A stretch of 64,000 nt of DNA from Candidatus Latescibacterota bacterium (GTDB lineage: Bacteria > Latescibacterota > UBA2968 > GCA-2709665): positions 352,001-416,000 of the forward strand of contig CAXXXF010000006.1 in the NCBI GenBank assembly GCA_963667175.2, given 5' to 3'. Below, piece after piece: positions 49,761 to 57,654 of the stretch; within the stretch, counting starts at the first letter, position 1; each line of letters opens with the position of its first letter. The translations under genes and the position numbers were made by a program. A model generated the notes under the pieces. That model was given only the letters and a program-made list of their open reading frames with translations, was not told the origin of the DNA and did not search any database.

Positions 49761-50813
49761 ATGTTGTTTCGCAAATTATCCATCACGTCCGTCATTGCCT
49801 CGATCGCACTCTTCGCGTGCGGAAACAAGATCCCCGTCGAGTCCCCGGCGGGGGCCGGATCCAACGAAAGCGCAACTCAGGCCGCAAAGGCGTCCACGGA
49901 CGAAATCAGCTCCAAACTGTATGACGAACGCTCCGACAAGTCCCGGTTCGGACACCACGGAGGACGGAGATTATCCATTGACGCGCTGACCGACTCCCTG
50001 GGCCTGAGTGACGAACAGGTTTCAGCGCTCGAGGAACTGAACGAATCCTTTGCCGAGAACGTCAAAGCAGCGATCGAAAGTGCCAGGGCATCCGGCGACC
50101 GCAAGGGGCTTCGCGTGAAGTTGCGGGAACTGAGAAAGGAATATGAGAAAGACTTCAACGATGTCCTGACGGACGAGCAGCATGCCCGACTCGAAGAAAT
50201 CAGGGCCAATGCGGCCGTGCGCAGGAAAGACCAGGGGTGGGAAAATACCATCGCCGCGCTCACCGACACCCTGGGCCTGAGCGACGCACAGGTCGCGGAC
50301 CTCAATGAGTTGTATGAAGACTACCAGGCCGACGTCAAGACCGCGATCGAAAACGCTCAGGAATCGGGGGACCGTTCCGAACTCCGCACCAGTTTGAAGG
50401 TATTGAGACAGGCATTCGAAGACGCCTTCAACGACGTCCTGACGGATGAGCAACAGGCCCGACTCGAAGAAATCAGGGCCAACGCGGCCGCCCGCAGGAA
50501 AAACCGGGGATGGGAAAATACCATCGCCGCACTGACCGACTCCCTGGGTCTGAGTGACGAACAGGTCGCGGACCTCAACGAATTGTATGAAGACTATCAG
50601 GCCGACGTCAAAGCCGCGATCGAAAACGCTCAGGAATCGGGTGACCGTTCGGAACTCAGGGAGAAGCTGCAAGAATTGAGAGAAAATTTCGCGGAGGACT
50701 TCACCTCCGTGCTCACCGATGAACAGAAGGAGAAGCTGGACGAGATGAAGTCCGAGGGGCGGAAACGCAAAGGAAAGGGACGCCGGCACGGCCACAAGGG
50801 CAGAAAGGGTTAG
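49761..50813 (+). CDS. Lipoprotein with three tandem 91-aa Spy-like repeats
   Basis: Lipobox LFA-C; repeats LGLSD.QV..L.EL...VLTDEQ..RL.EI; basic C-terminal tail. Confidence 0.8.
   Translation: MLFRKLSITSVIASIALFACGNKIPVESPAGAGSNESATQAAKASTDEISSKLYDERSDKSRFGHHGGRRLSIDALTDSLGLSDEQVSALEELNESFAENVKAAIESARASGDRKGLRVKLRELRKEYEKDFNDVLTDEQHARLEEIRANAAVRRKDQGWENTIAALTDTLGLSDAQVADLNELYEDYQADVKTAIENAQESGDRSELRTSLKVLRQAFEDAFNDVLTDEQQARLEEIRANAAARRKNRGWENTIAALTDSLGLSDEQVADLNELYEDYQADVKAAIENAQESGDRSELREKLQELRENFAEDFTSVLTDEQKEKLDEMKSEGRKRKGKGRRHGHKGRKG
49983..50747 (+). repeat. Intragenic tandem repeat, 273-bp period, about 2.8 copies
   Basis: Units start at 49983, 50256 and 50529 (GC.CT.ACCGAC.CCCTGGG.CTGAG.GACG..CAGGT). 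Confidence 0.92.
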
Positions 50814-50857
50814 GATTCCGAGAGTCAATCGGAGCGTCGCACAGTCATATCCAAACG

Positions 50858-50894
50858 ACCCGCCGTCGAATCCACACCGACGGCGGGTTTTCTT
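50858..50894 (+). terminator. Rho-independent terminator
   Basis: ACCCGCCGTCG-N9-CGACGGCGGGT-TTTCTT. Confidence 0.85.
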
Positions 50895-51021
50895 CCTTTA
50901 TTTTCCATTTCCAGTGTCTTCAGATCGCCATTCGCAAACAACCCCAGGCATACATGACGCACTTTGCTCGCGCGCTCGGCTATGGACGACGCGGATTGAC
51001 CTGTTGGCCCCGATCGGCCGG

Positions 51022-51996
51022 CTATCTCGCTTCAAAAAAGAACCGGATTGTATCCCCCTCTTTTAAAATGGCATCGAAGAACTCCTGATCCTCCTCGTTC
51101 AGTTCTCCCGCAGCCTGAAGCACGAAACGCATGTACTGTTCCCTCGTAAACGTGAGTGTCAAATTGCCGTCGTCCAGGTCGTAGGAACCCTCCATCGTCA
51201 GCCCCTCTTCGTCCGTCATCGTCAGGGTGCTGCCGCTGACCGACCACGTGCCGGCGCGGGACAAGGCGCCGTTGCCATCATGATCCGTGAAAGTGCCGTC
51301 TGCGTCGAAGCGCCGGGTCGACGACAGGACGCTGTCGCGAAGGCTTGTCTCCAGACTGGACGTGAACTCCCGGACAATGGCGGCGGCAGTCGCGCTATCC
51401 ACCATCCCCTGTTCGAGGATGGCGGCAGTCAGATTCCTGCTTATCGTCTCAACCATATCCGTTCCAGCGAATTCCCACGAACCGACAATGCCCGGAGACC
51501 GAAGCGGGGACGACGCCGTCACGCGCGCCTTCCCGCCAACGTGCAGTTCAACAGTTACCTGGTAACCGCCATTGACCGGAATACTCGACCAGGAACCCTG
51601 AACGGCGCCATCGATAGCGGCGCGCGCGCGGTAATATCCGTTCACGTTGTCCGAACCGATTTCGATGCGGGCCTCGCCCTGCGCATCGGTTGCGCCCGAC
51701 CAGGCGAAATCCGCGGGGCTGCCCGATATCGACCGCGAAAGCTCCACGGTGACACCACTCAACGGCGCTCCGTCCTTCAGCACGGTGACGCTCAGAACGG
51801 CCTGACTCATCGTCCCGCCAACCGCCAGCTTGCCCAGCGGCTGCCCCGTGCGCCCCTGCCGCGTTGCAGGGTTCACCACGTCGGACGTCGGGTCCGCTTC
51901 CGGTGCAATGGAAGTGGTTACGCGGTCCCCGCCGCAGCCGGATATCACGGCTGCGGCAATCGCCAGACAAGACGCGCTTCGAATTGCGCAAGGCAT
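51022..51996 (-). CDS. Lipoprotein: uncharacterised N-terminal beta domain + lipocalin-like C-terminal domain
   Basis: AGGAGG RBS; lipobox ISG-C; N-domain homologous to that of the 30808 gene; IVGSWE...FDADGTF...GTWSVSGSTLT. Confidence 0.75.
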   Translation of the reverse strand: MPCAIRSASCLAIAAAVISGCGGDRVTTSIAPEADPTSDVVNPATRQGRTGQPLGKLAVGGTMSQAVLSVTVLKDGAPLSGVTVELSRSISGSPADFAWSGATDAQGEARIEIGSDNVNGYYRARAAIDGAVQGSWSSIPVNGGYQVTVELHVGGKARVTASSPLRSPGIVGSWEFAGTDMVETISRNLTAAILEQGMVDSATAAAIVREFTSSLETSLRDSVLSSTRRFDADGTFTDHDGNGALSRAGTWSVSGSTLTMTDEEGLTMEGSYDLDDGNLTLTFTREQYMRFVLQAAGELNEEDQEFFDAILKEGDTIRFFFEAR

Positions 51997-52057
51997 CGCG
52001 AACCTCCTGTTTTGGAGTGTTTCATGAGACGACCGCAGGCATTTCCCGCGGCCATAC

Positions 52058-52217
52058 CAGCCCGTTGAAAAAGTCCATCCGGGCTGCGTCCGGCCCCTAT
52101 GGCCGAAATACGGCGTTGCGCTCCCTCCCCGAATCCAGGGATTCGCGTCGGTCGCGCGTCTTGTCTTCGGCCACAATGACTCGGCCTCGCCTGCAGAGCG
52201 ACTTTTTCAACGGACTG
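52058..52217. mobile_element. MITE-like non-autonomous element (160 bp)
   Basis: Terminal inverted repeats CAGCCCGTTGAAAAAGTC / GACTTTTTCAACGGACTG (17/18 match); internal IR TGGCCGAA/TTCGGCCA; no coding capacity. Confidence 0.7.
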
Positions 52218-52435
52218 AGACGCCCTTCGGCCAACAACCTGTAACCGTGTCGTGACGCAATGAAAGCCGGAAACAGGCAAAGCGGATGCAGCCACGTTCC
52301 AAGACTCGCCAGACGGTGATTTGTTTCTGGGCTGGTCCGGTCTTGGCGAAAGTCGCGGCAAACGACAGATGCGCCCGCCAAGTTGCGGGCATTCATCACA
52401 CGGACGACCGTTCGCGGGAATCGTGAACAAAACAC

Positions 52436-52464
52436 TTGACATATCGAGTGAATCCTGTTATTTA
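52436..52464 (+). promoter_or_regulatory. Sigma70 promoter for the STAS operon
   Basis: TTGACA-N17-TATTTA with TG preceding the -10 box. Confidence 0.6.
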
Positions 52465-52547
52465 AACGTTTCGGCACCCATCCGTCAATGAATTCCAAAT
52501 TAATAGCAACTGAGTGGTCGGTCCACAACAAAAAAGGAGATCGGTCG

Positions 52548-52892
52548 ATGGAGGTTAACACCGAGCGGAACAACGGCACCTTGATCGCGAAGGCTGAGGG
52601 GCGCGTCGACGGGTCCAATGCCCGAGAGTTCGAGGAGGCGCTCGATTCCGCGATCACCCAGCATGAAGACGGTCAGGCCGTGATCGTGGATTTCGAAGGG
52701 CTTTCATATATTAGCAGCGCGGGCCTTCGGGTCATCCTGCTGACCGCCAGAACGCTTCGAAAACAGGACAAGGAATTTGTAGTCTGCTCGCTCTCTGACC
52801 CGATCAGGGAAGTCTTTGAAATCAGCGGATTCGACAAGATAATACCGGTTTACGCCTCCAGGTCCGAAGCGATGGCAGCAGTTGGAGGATAG
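52548..52892 (+). CDS. STAS anti-anti-sigma factor (RsbV/SpoIIAA-like)
   Basis: AAGGAG RBS; GRVDG, VDFEGLSYISSAGLRVIL with the phospho-Ser; EVFEISGF. Confidence 0.92.
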   Translation: MEVNTERNNGTLIAKAEGRVDGSNAREFEEALDSAITQHEDGQAVIVDFEGLSYISSAGLRVILLTARTLRKQDKEFVVCSLSDPIREVFEISGFDKIIPVYASRSEAMAAVGG

Positions 52893-53092
52893 CAACGGGT
52901 TGGTCCGGGACTTCTTCACGCAAGCACATTGTGTTCGCTGCGGAAGTACCACGGGTGGAAGCGACATTGTAACCGTACCGGGTTCTCCGGGCGATCACCG
53001 GGGCGTCGGCAGAATGGCCGGCGCGACCGCCGTGTTGTCCCCGGGTAGCCGACGGTTCCACCTGAATCTCCCGAGAAACTGAAAGGCCGACC

Positions 53093-54766
53093 ATGATCGA
53101 AGACCTGCTGCCGATCGGTTTGCTCATCGTCGTCGCCAAGCTCCTCGAGTGCCTCCTCGACCGCATCGGACTGAGCTCGATTGTCGCCTACACGGCGGCG
53201 GGAGTAATCCTCGGCCCCATCGCGGGTATTGTTGAGCCAACCAGCAAGCTTCAGATCTTCCTGGGCATCGGCGTCTTTATCCTCTTCTTCCTCGTCGGCC
53301 TCGACGAAATAGACATCCCCGGCTTTGTGGCAACCATCCGGGGGCGTTTTTTTTATGCGGCTATCCTTTCAGTTGCGATCTCGATGGTTGCGGCCATGGT
53401 GGTCACGTCGAACCTCTTCGACGTGGATTTCTCTCTCAAACTCCGCTTCAAGGATGCGCTTGCGCTCGCCGGAATCCTTTCGATGTCAAGCCTGGGGCTT
53501 GTGGCGAAGGTGCTGGCAGACAAGGGATATCTAAAGGAACCCCTTGGCCTTGAAATCTTCACCACCGTCATCATCGCCGAGATGATCACACTCCTGGTCG
53601 TTGGATTCAGCATCGGCGAACATACCATCGGCGCGCACGACCACCTCTGGGGCGGCGCCGTCAGCGTGGTATTCCTGCTTGCGCAGGTCGCGGCTTTCGC
53701 GGTTGTGGCGTGGATTCTGTCCGCCAGAGTGATGCCGCCGACAATTCTCTTTCTGAAACGGATCTTCAACGTCCCCGAGCTGTCGTTCGGATTGCTGATG
53801 GGCGGCCTGTTTCTGATGGTCGTCGTTGCCGAAGAAATGGGGCTGCACGGGTCCATCGGCGCTTTGCTATTCGGCGCGGCGCTCTCGGGCCTGCCGCGTC
53901 AGGTACACAATGACGTTATGCCCGGCATCCGCAGCGCGGCGGAAGGCCTCTTTGTTCCTATCTTCTTTGCGTCGGCCGGCTTGCGGCTCGATTTTTCCTT
54001 CCTTTCCCTGCCGGCGGCAACCATTATCGCGGTTCTGACGGTTCCCGCCGTGGGGAAATTCGCCGGCGCATTCATTGGCGCCTACGTGGCTCGACTCGAC
54101 AAACCCTACGCGCAAGCGACCGGACTGATGGCAAAGGGTGTGGCCGAAATCGCGCTGCTGCTGGTCCTGCTGGAAAACGGCGTCATTGGACAGGACGTGT
54201 TCTCGCTGGTCGTGCTCGCGATGTTCGGCTATATCGTGCTGATGCCACAGGCAATTTCATCTGCGGTCAACAGAGCACGCCTGACTCACCGCCCGACGCC
54301 GCCGGACGTTGTACCGGCCTCCTTCGCGCGCCGCGCCCTCGACGACATCAGAGCCAGTCACGTTCTGGATCCATCCCGGTCGTATCCCGATGTATCGCTG
54401 TCAATCAGGAGATTCGCCGATGAGTGGATCGTACCGGATCAACAGGACTACGTCGTGGTTGACAACGGCGCCGTTGCGGGGACCGTTTCGCCGGCACGGC
54501 TGACGTCTGTACCGACGGGGTCCTGGGCGGACACGCCGCTCCAGCGTGTGCTCCGACCCGACCCGCCCCACGTCGAACCCGACGAGCCCATTGTAGACGT
54601 TCTTCAAAAGCTGTCACGCCACTCCATGTCGGTGATACCGGTCCGGGACAAGGACTCACACGATTTCCTCGGCACCATAACCAGTCACGACGTCGTCGAC
54701 CTTGTCCTTCTTATGGATGAAATCGCCGACGAGTTGAAGGAGATGGAAAAACAAAGGGCGAATTGA
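53093..54766 (+). CDS. Cation:proton antiporter (CPA2-like) with C-terminal CBS domains
   Basis: About 13 TM helices; GVILGP, IGALLFG, FVPIFFASAG, GKFAGA, AKGVAE; C-terminal CBS-like pair (IPVRD...FLGTITSHDV). Confidence 0.85.
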   Translation: MIEDLLPIGLLIVVAKLLECLLDRIGLSSIVAYTAAGVILGPIAGIVEPTSKLQIFLGIGVFILFFLVGLDEIDIPGFVATIRGRFFYAAILSVAISMVAAMVVTSNLFDVDFSLKLRFKDALALAGILSMSSLGLVAKVLADKGYLKEPLGLEIFTTVIIAEMITLLVVGFSIGEHTIGAHDHLWGGAVSVVFLLAQVAAFAVVAWILSARVMPPTILFLKRIFNVPELSFGLLMGGLFLMVVVAEEMGLHGSIGALLFGAALSGLPRQVHNDVMPGIRSAAEGLFVPIFFASAGLRLDFSFLSLPAATIIAVLTVPAVGKFAGAFIGAYVARLDKPYAQATGLMAKGVAEIALLLVLLENGVIGQDVFSLVVLAMFGYIVLMPQAISSAVNRARLTHRPTPPDVVPASFARRALDDIRASHVLDPSRSYPDVSLSIRRFADEWIVPDQQDYVVVDNGAVAGTVSPARLTSVPTGSWADTPLQRVLRPDPPHVEPDEPIVDVLQKLSRHSMSVIPVRDKDSHDFLGTITSHDVVDLVLLMDEIADELKEMEKQRAN

Positions 54767-54890
54767 CCCCGTACCGGACTATTCGTATCACGATGGACCG
54801 CGAACGAAACGGGGACCGGATAAAACCCGTTCACGCATGTCCGCAGGATTCGGAAATTCAGCAAACCATCCTATCCCTGGACAATTCGAA

Positions 54891-56060
54891 ATGTCAGCAC
54901 TCCCGTACAAAATTCTGGTAGTGGACGACGAACCCGACCTCGAACCGCTCATGCTGCAGCGAATGCGGCGTCCGATCCGCCGGGGCCGTTACGCGTTCGT
55001 ATTTGCGCAAAACGGGATCGAGGCTCTCGAACGGTTGAACCAGGACAACACCATCGATATGGTGCTGTCCGACATCAACATGCCCAAGATGGACGGCCTC
55101 ACGCTGCTCGAGCAGATACCCAAAGTGGACCCGAATATCCGTTCCGTGATTATCTCTGCGTACGGCGACATGAAGAACATCCGGATCGCAATGAACCGCG
55201 GCGCGTTCGATTTCGTCACCAAGCCCATTGACTTCTCGGACCTTCAGGTCACGATCGATCGAACCATGCGCCATCTGATCGAGTGGCGGGAAGCGCTCGA
55301 ATCACGCGACAAGCTGATTGCACTGCAGAACGAACTCGACGTGGCCAGCAAGATGCAGCAATCGATTCTTCCAACCCGGTTTCCCGAGTATCCGGCCTAT
55401 CAGGCATACGGAAGCATGGAACCCGCCCGTAACGTCGGCGGCGACTTCTTCGACATCATCCGGCTCGAAGACGGTCGTATCGGCATTGCGATCGCCGACG
55501 TTTCGGACAAAGGCGTTCCAGCAGCCCTCTTCATGATGTCGAGCCGGACGGTGTTGCGGGGCGCGGCAATCGGAACCACAAATCCCGGTGAGGTATTGTT
55601 CGAAGTCAACAATTCGCTCTACGAGAACAATGAAGCCGCGATGTTTGTCACCGTCTTCTACGCGGTATTCGATCCCGCGAACCGGCAGTTCACGTACGCC
55701 AACGGCGGCCACAATTCTCCGCTCATCGTCAACGCGAACGGTGAAGCGACCCTGCTGCCCCTGACGGGCGGAGTCGCCCTCGCAATGATGCCGGACATCG
55801 AATACGGATACAATTCGGTCACACTGGCGCCGGGCGATACGGTTATACTTTACACCGACGGCGTGACGGAAGCCATTGACAGCGCGGAGGTAGAATTCGG
55901 CGTCAAGCGCCTGCAGGACGTTTTCTCGGGCGCGCCTCCGCAGGACGCCCGGGAAGCCAACGGCGCGGTCTTTGATGCCGTGAATGACTTCGTGGGGGAC
56001 ACTCCCCAGTTCGACGACATAACCTGCGTTACGTTTCGGTACAGGGGGGAAGAGACGTGA
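54891..56060 (+). CDS. Response regulator-PP2C phosphatase (REC + SpoIIE; RsbU/RsbP-like)
   Basis: ILVVDDE, SDINMP.MDG, SAYG, KP; QQSILP, VGGDFFD, IADVSDKG, NGGH, YTDGVTEA, QFDDIT. Confidence 0.93.
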   Translation: MSALPYKILVVDDEPDLEPLMLQRMRRPIRRGRYAFVFAQNGIEALERLNQDNTIDMVLSDINMPKMDGLTLLEQIPKVDPNIRSVIISAYGDMKNIRIAMNRGAFDFVTKPIDFSDLQVTIDRTMRHLIEWREALESRDKLIALQNELDVASKMQQSILPTRFPEYPAYQAYGSMEPARNVGGDFFDIIRLEDGRIGIAIADVSDKGVPAALFMMSSRTVLRGAAIGTTNPGEVLFEVNNSLYENNEAAMFVTVFYAVFDPANRQFTYANGGHNSPLIVNANGEATLLPLTGGVALAMMPDIEYGYNSVTLAPGDTVILYTDGVTEAIDSAEVEFGVKRLQDVFSGAPPQDAREANGAVFDAVNDFVGDTPQFDDITCVTFRYRGEET

Positions 56061-56476
56061 GTGCGAGACAATCCTTTCGTATTGGCGCGGATCTCGACGA
56101 ATTGCGACGGGTCGCCGAAGCAGCCGAGGAACTGGGGCTGCAGGAAGACTGGTCCCCGGCCATGGTGCACCAGGTAGATCTCGCCATTGAAGAACTTGGA
56201 AACAACATCGTCCGACACGGGCTCGCCGGCGGCCCGGGCGAGATAGAGATTACATTGACCTCGGACGCCAAAACGATCAAGATTGAGATTTCGGACGACG
56301 GCCAACCCTTCAATCCGCTTAAGGACGCGCCGAAACCCGATCTGGAAGCCGCGCTTGAGGATCGACCCATCGGCGGACTCGGCATTCACCTGGTACTTAC
56401 GATGATGGATGAGATGCACTACCGGCGAGAGAACGAAAGGAATCACCTGACACTGGTGAAGCGGAGGGCCGGATGA
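56057..56476 (+). CDS. RsbW/SpoIIAB-like serine kinase (anti-sigma-type ATPase)
   Basis: LAIEELGNNIVRHG, ISDDGQPFNP, RPIGGLGIHLV; 4-nt overlaps on both sides. Confidence 0.9.
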   Translation: MSARQSFRIGADLDELRRVAEAAEELGLQEDWSPAMVHQVDLAIEELGNNIVRHGLAGGPGEIEITLTSDAKTIKIEISDDGQPFNPLKDAPKPDLEAALEDRPIGGLGIHLVLTMMDEMHYRRENERNHLTLVKRRAG

Positions 56477-57654
56477 GATTCGCGCTCCGCACGTCGACGA
56501 GGTTTTTTGTCGCTTGGGTCGCGCTGGCGCCCGCCATTGAGGCCGGCGGGTTGGAAACGGGAGTCTCGGACACGAGCATCGTTTTCGGCCAGTCCGCCGC
56601 CTTCACAGGGCCCGCGGCGCAACTCGGCGCCGACATGAAACGCGGTATTGAAGCGGCATTTCACGAGATCAACCGGCGCGGCGGTGTCCACAACCGACGG
56701 TTGGAGCTCGTTTCTCGCGATGACGCATACGAGCCGGAAGCCGCCATTGCAAACACCCGTTACCTCATCAACGAAGCACAGGTGTTCGCGCTCATTGGCG
56801 CCGTAGGCACGCCCACGTCCCGTTCAGCCACCCCGGTCGCTGCAGAAGCAAATATTCCATATATCGCGCCGTTTACGGGTGCGGCGTTTCTCCGCGAAGC
56901 CAAATGGAACAACGTGATTAACCTGAGGGCGTCGTACAACCAGGAGACGGAAGAAATGGTGGCGCGCCTGACAGGCGACCTTGGTGTCAGGCGCATCGCC
57001 GTCCTGTACCAGGACGATTCCTTCGGAAGGGCCGGATACCACGGCGCGCGTCGCGCACTCGAACGGCGAGGTATGGAGGCCGTGGCCGTGGGGTTGTATC
57101 CGCGCAATACAACGGCAGTGAAAACGGCATTGCTCGACTTGCGCATGGCGTCTCCCGAGGCGGTGATTCTGATTGGCGCGTATGGTCCGGTTGCCACGTT
57201 TATCGCATGGGCGCGGCACATCGGTTGGGACCCTGTTTTCATTACCATTTCATTCGTGGGCAGCAATGCGCTCGCCAGGCAGTTGGGCCCCGAGGGAGCG
57301 GGAGTCTACGTCACCCAGGTCGTGCCGTTTCCTGCCGACGACTTCTTCCCTGTCGCATCGGCCTATCGCCGGGCGCTCGCAACCTCCGAGCCCGGTGCGG
57401 CTCCAGGGTTCGTCTCCTTCGAAGGGTACCTGGCCGGTCGCCTCGCCATCGCCGCTCTCCAGCGCTGTGGCCAGGACGTAAGGCGGGCCACCTTTCTCAA
57501 CAGCCTTCGCAGTACCAGAATTGTCGATATCGACGGATTTGAACTGCGATACGGCAGCCAGGACAACCAGGGGTCGGATGCCGTTTTCCTGACCATGATC
57601 GGTCGTGACGGACGCTACTATCCAATCGAAAAGCTCCAGGAAGCGGCGCCGTGA
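56473..57654 (+). CDS. Type-1 periplasmic binding protein (Leu/Ile/Val-binding fold), probable sensor partner
   Basis: Signal peptide; FGQSAAFTGPA, DDAYEP, GAVGTPT, RASY..E, YQDDSFG, SFEGYLAG; no ABC permease or ATPase nearby. Confidence 0.88.
   Translation: MRFALRTSTRFFVAWVALAPAIEAGGLETGVSDTSIVFGQSAAFTGPAAQLGADMKRGIEAAFHEINRRGGVHNRRLELVSRDDAYEPEAAIANTRYLINEAQVFALIGAVGTPTSRSATPVAAEANIPYIAPFTGAAFLREAKWNNVINLRASYNQETEEMVARLTGDLGVRRIAVLYQDDSFGRAGYHGARRALERRGMEAVAVGLYPRNTTAVKTALLDLRMASPEAVILIGAYGPVATFIAWARHIGWDPVFITISFVGSNALARQLGPEGAGVYVTQVVPFPADDFFPVASAYRRALATSEPGAAPGFVSFEGYLAGRLAIAALQRCGQDVRRATFLNSLRSTRIVDIDGFELRYGSQDNQGSDAVFLTMIGRDGRYYPIEKLQEAAP

Noticed and set aside
49983-50747. Repeats as a CRISPR array
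   Set aside because: In-frame 273-bp coding repeats without unique spacers; no cas genes.
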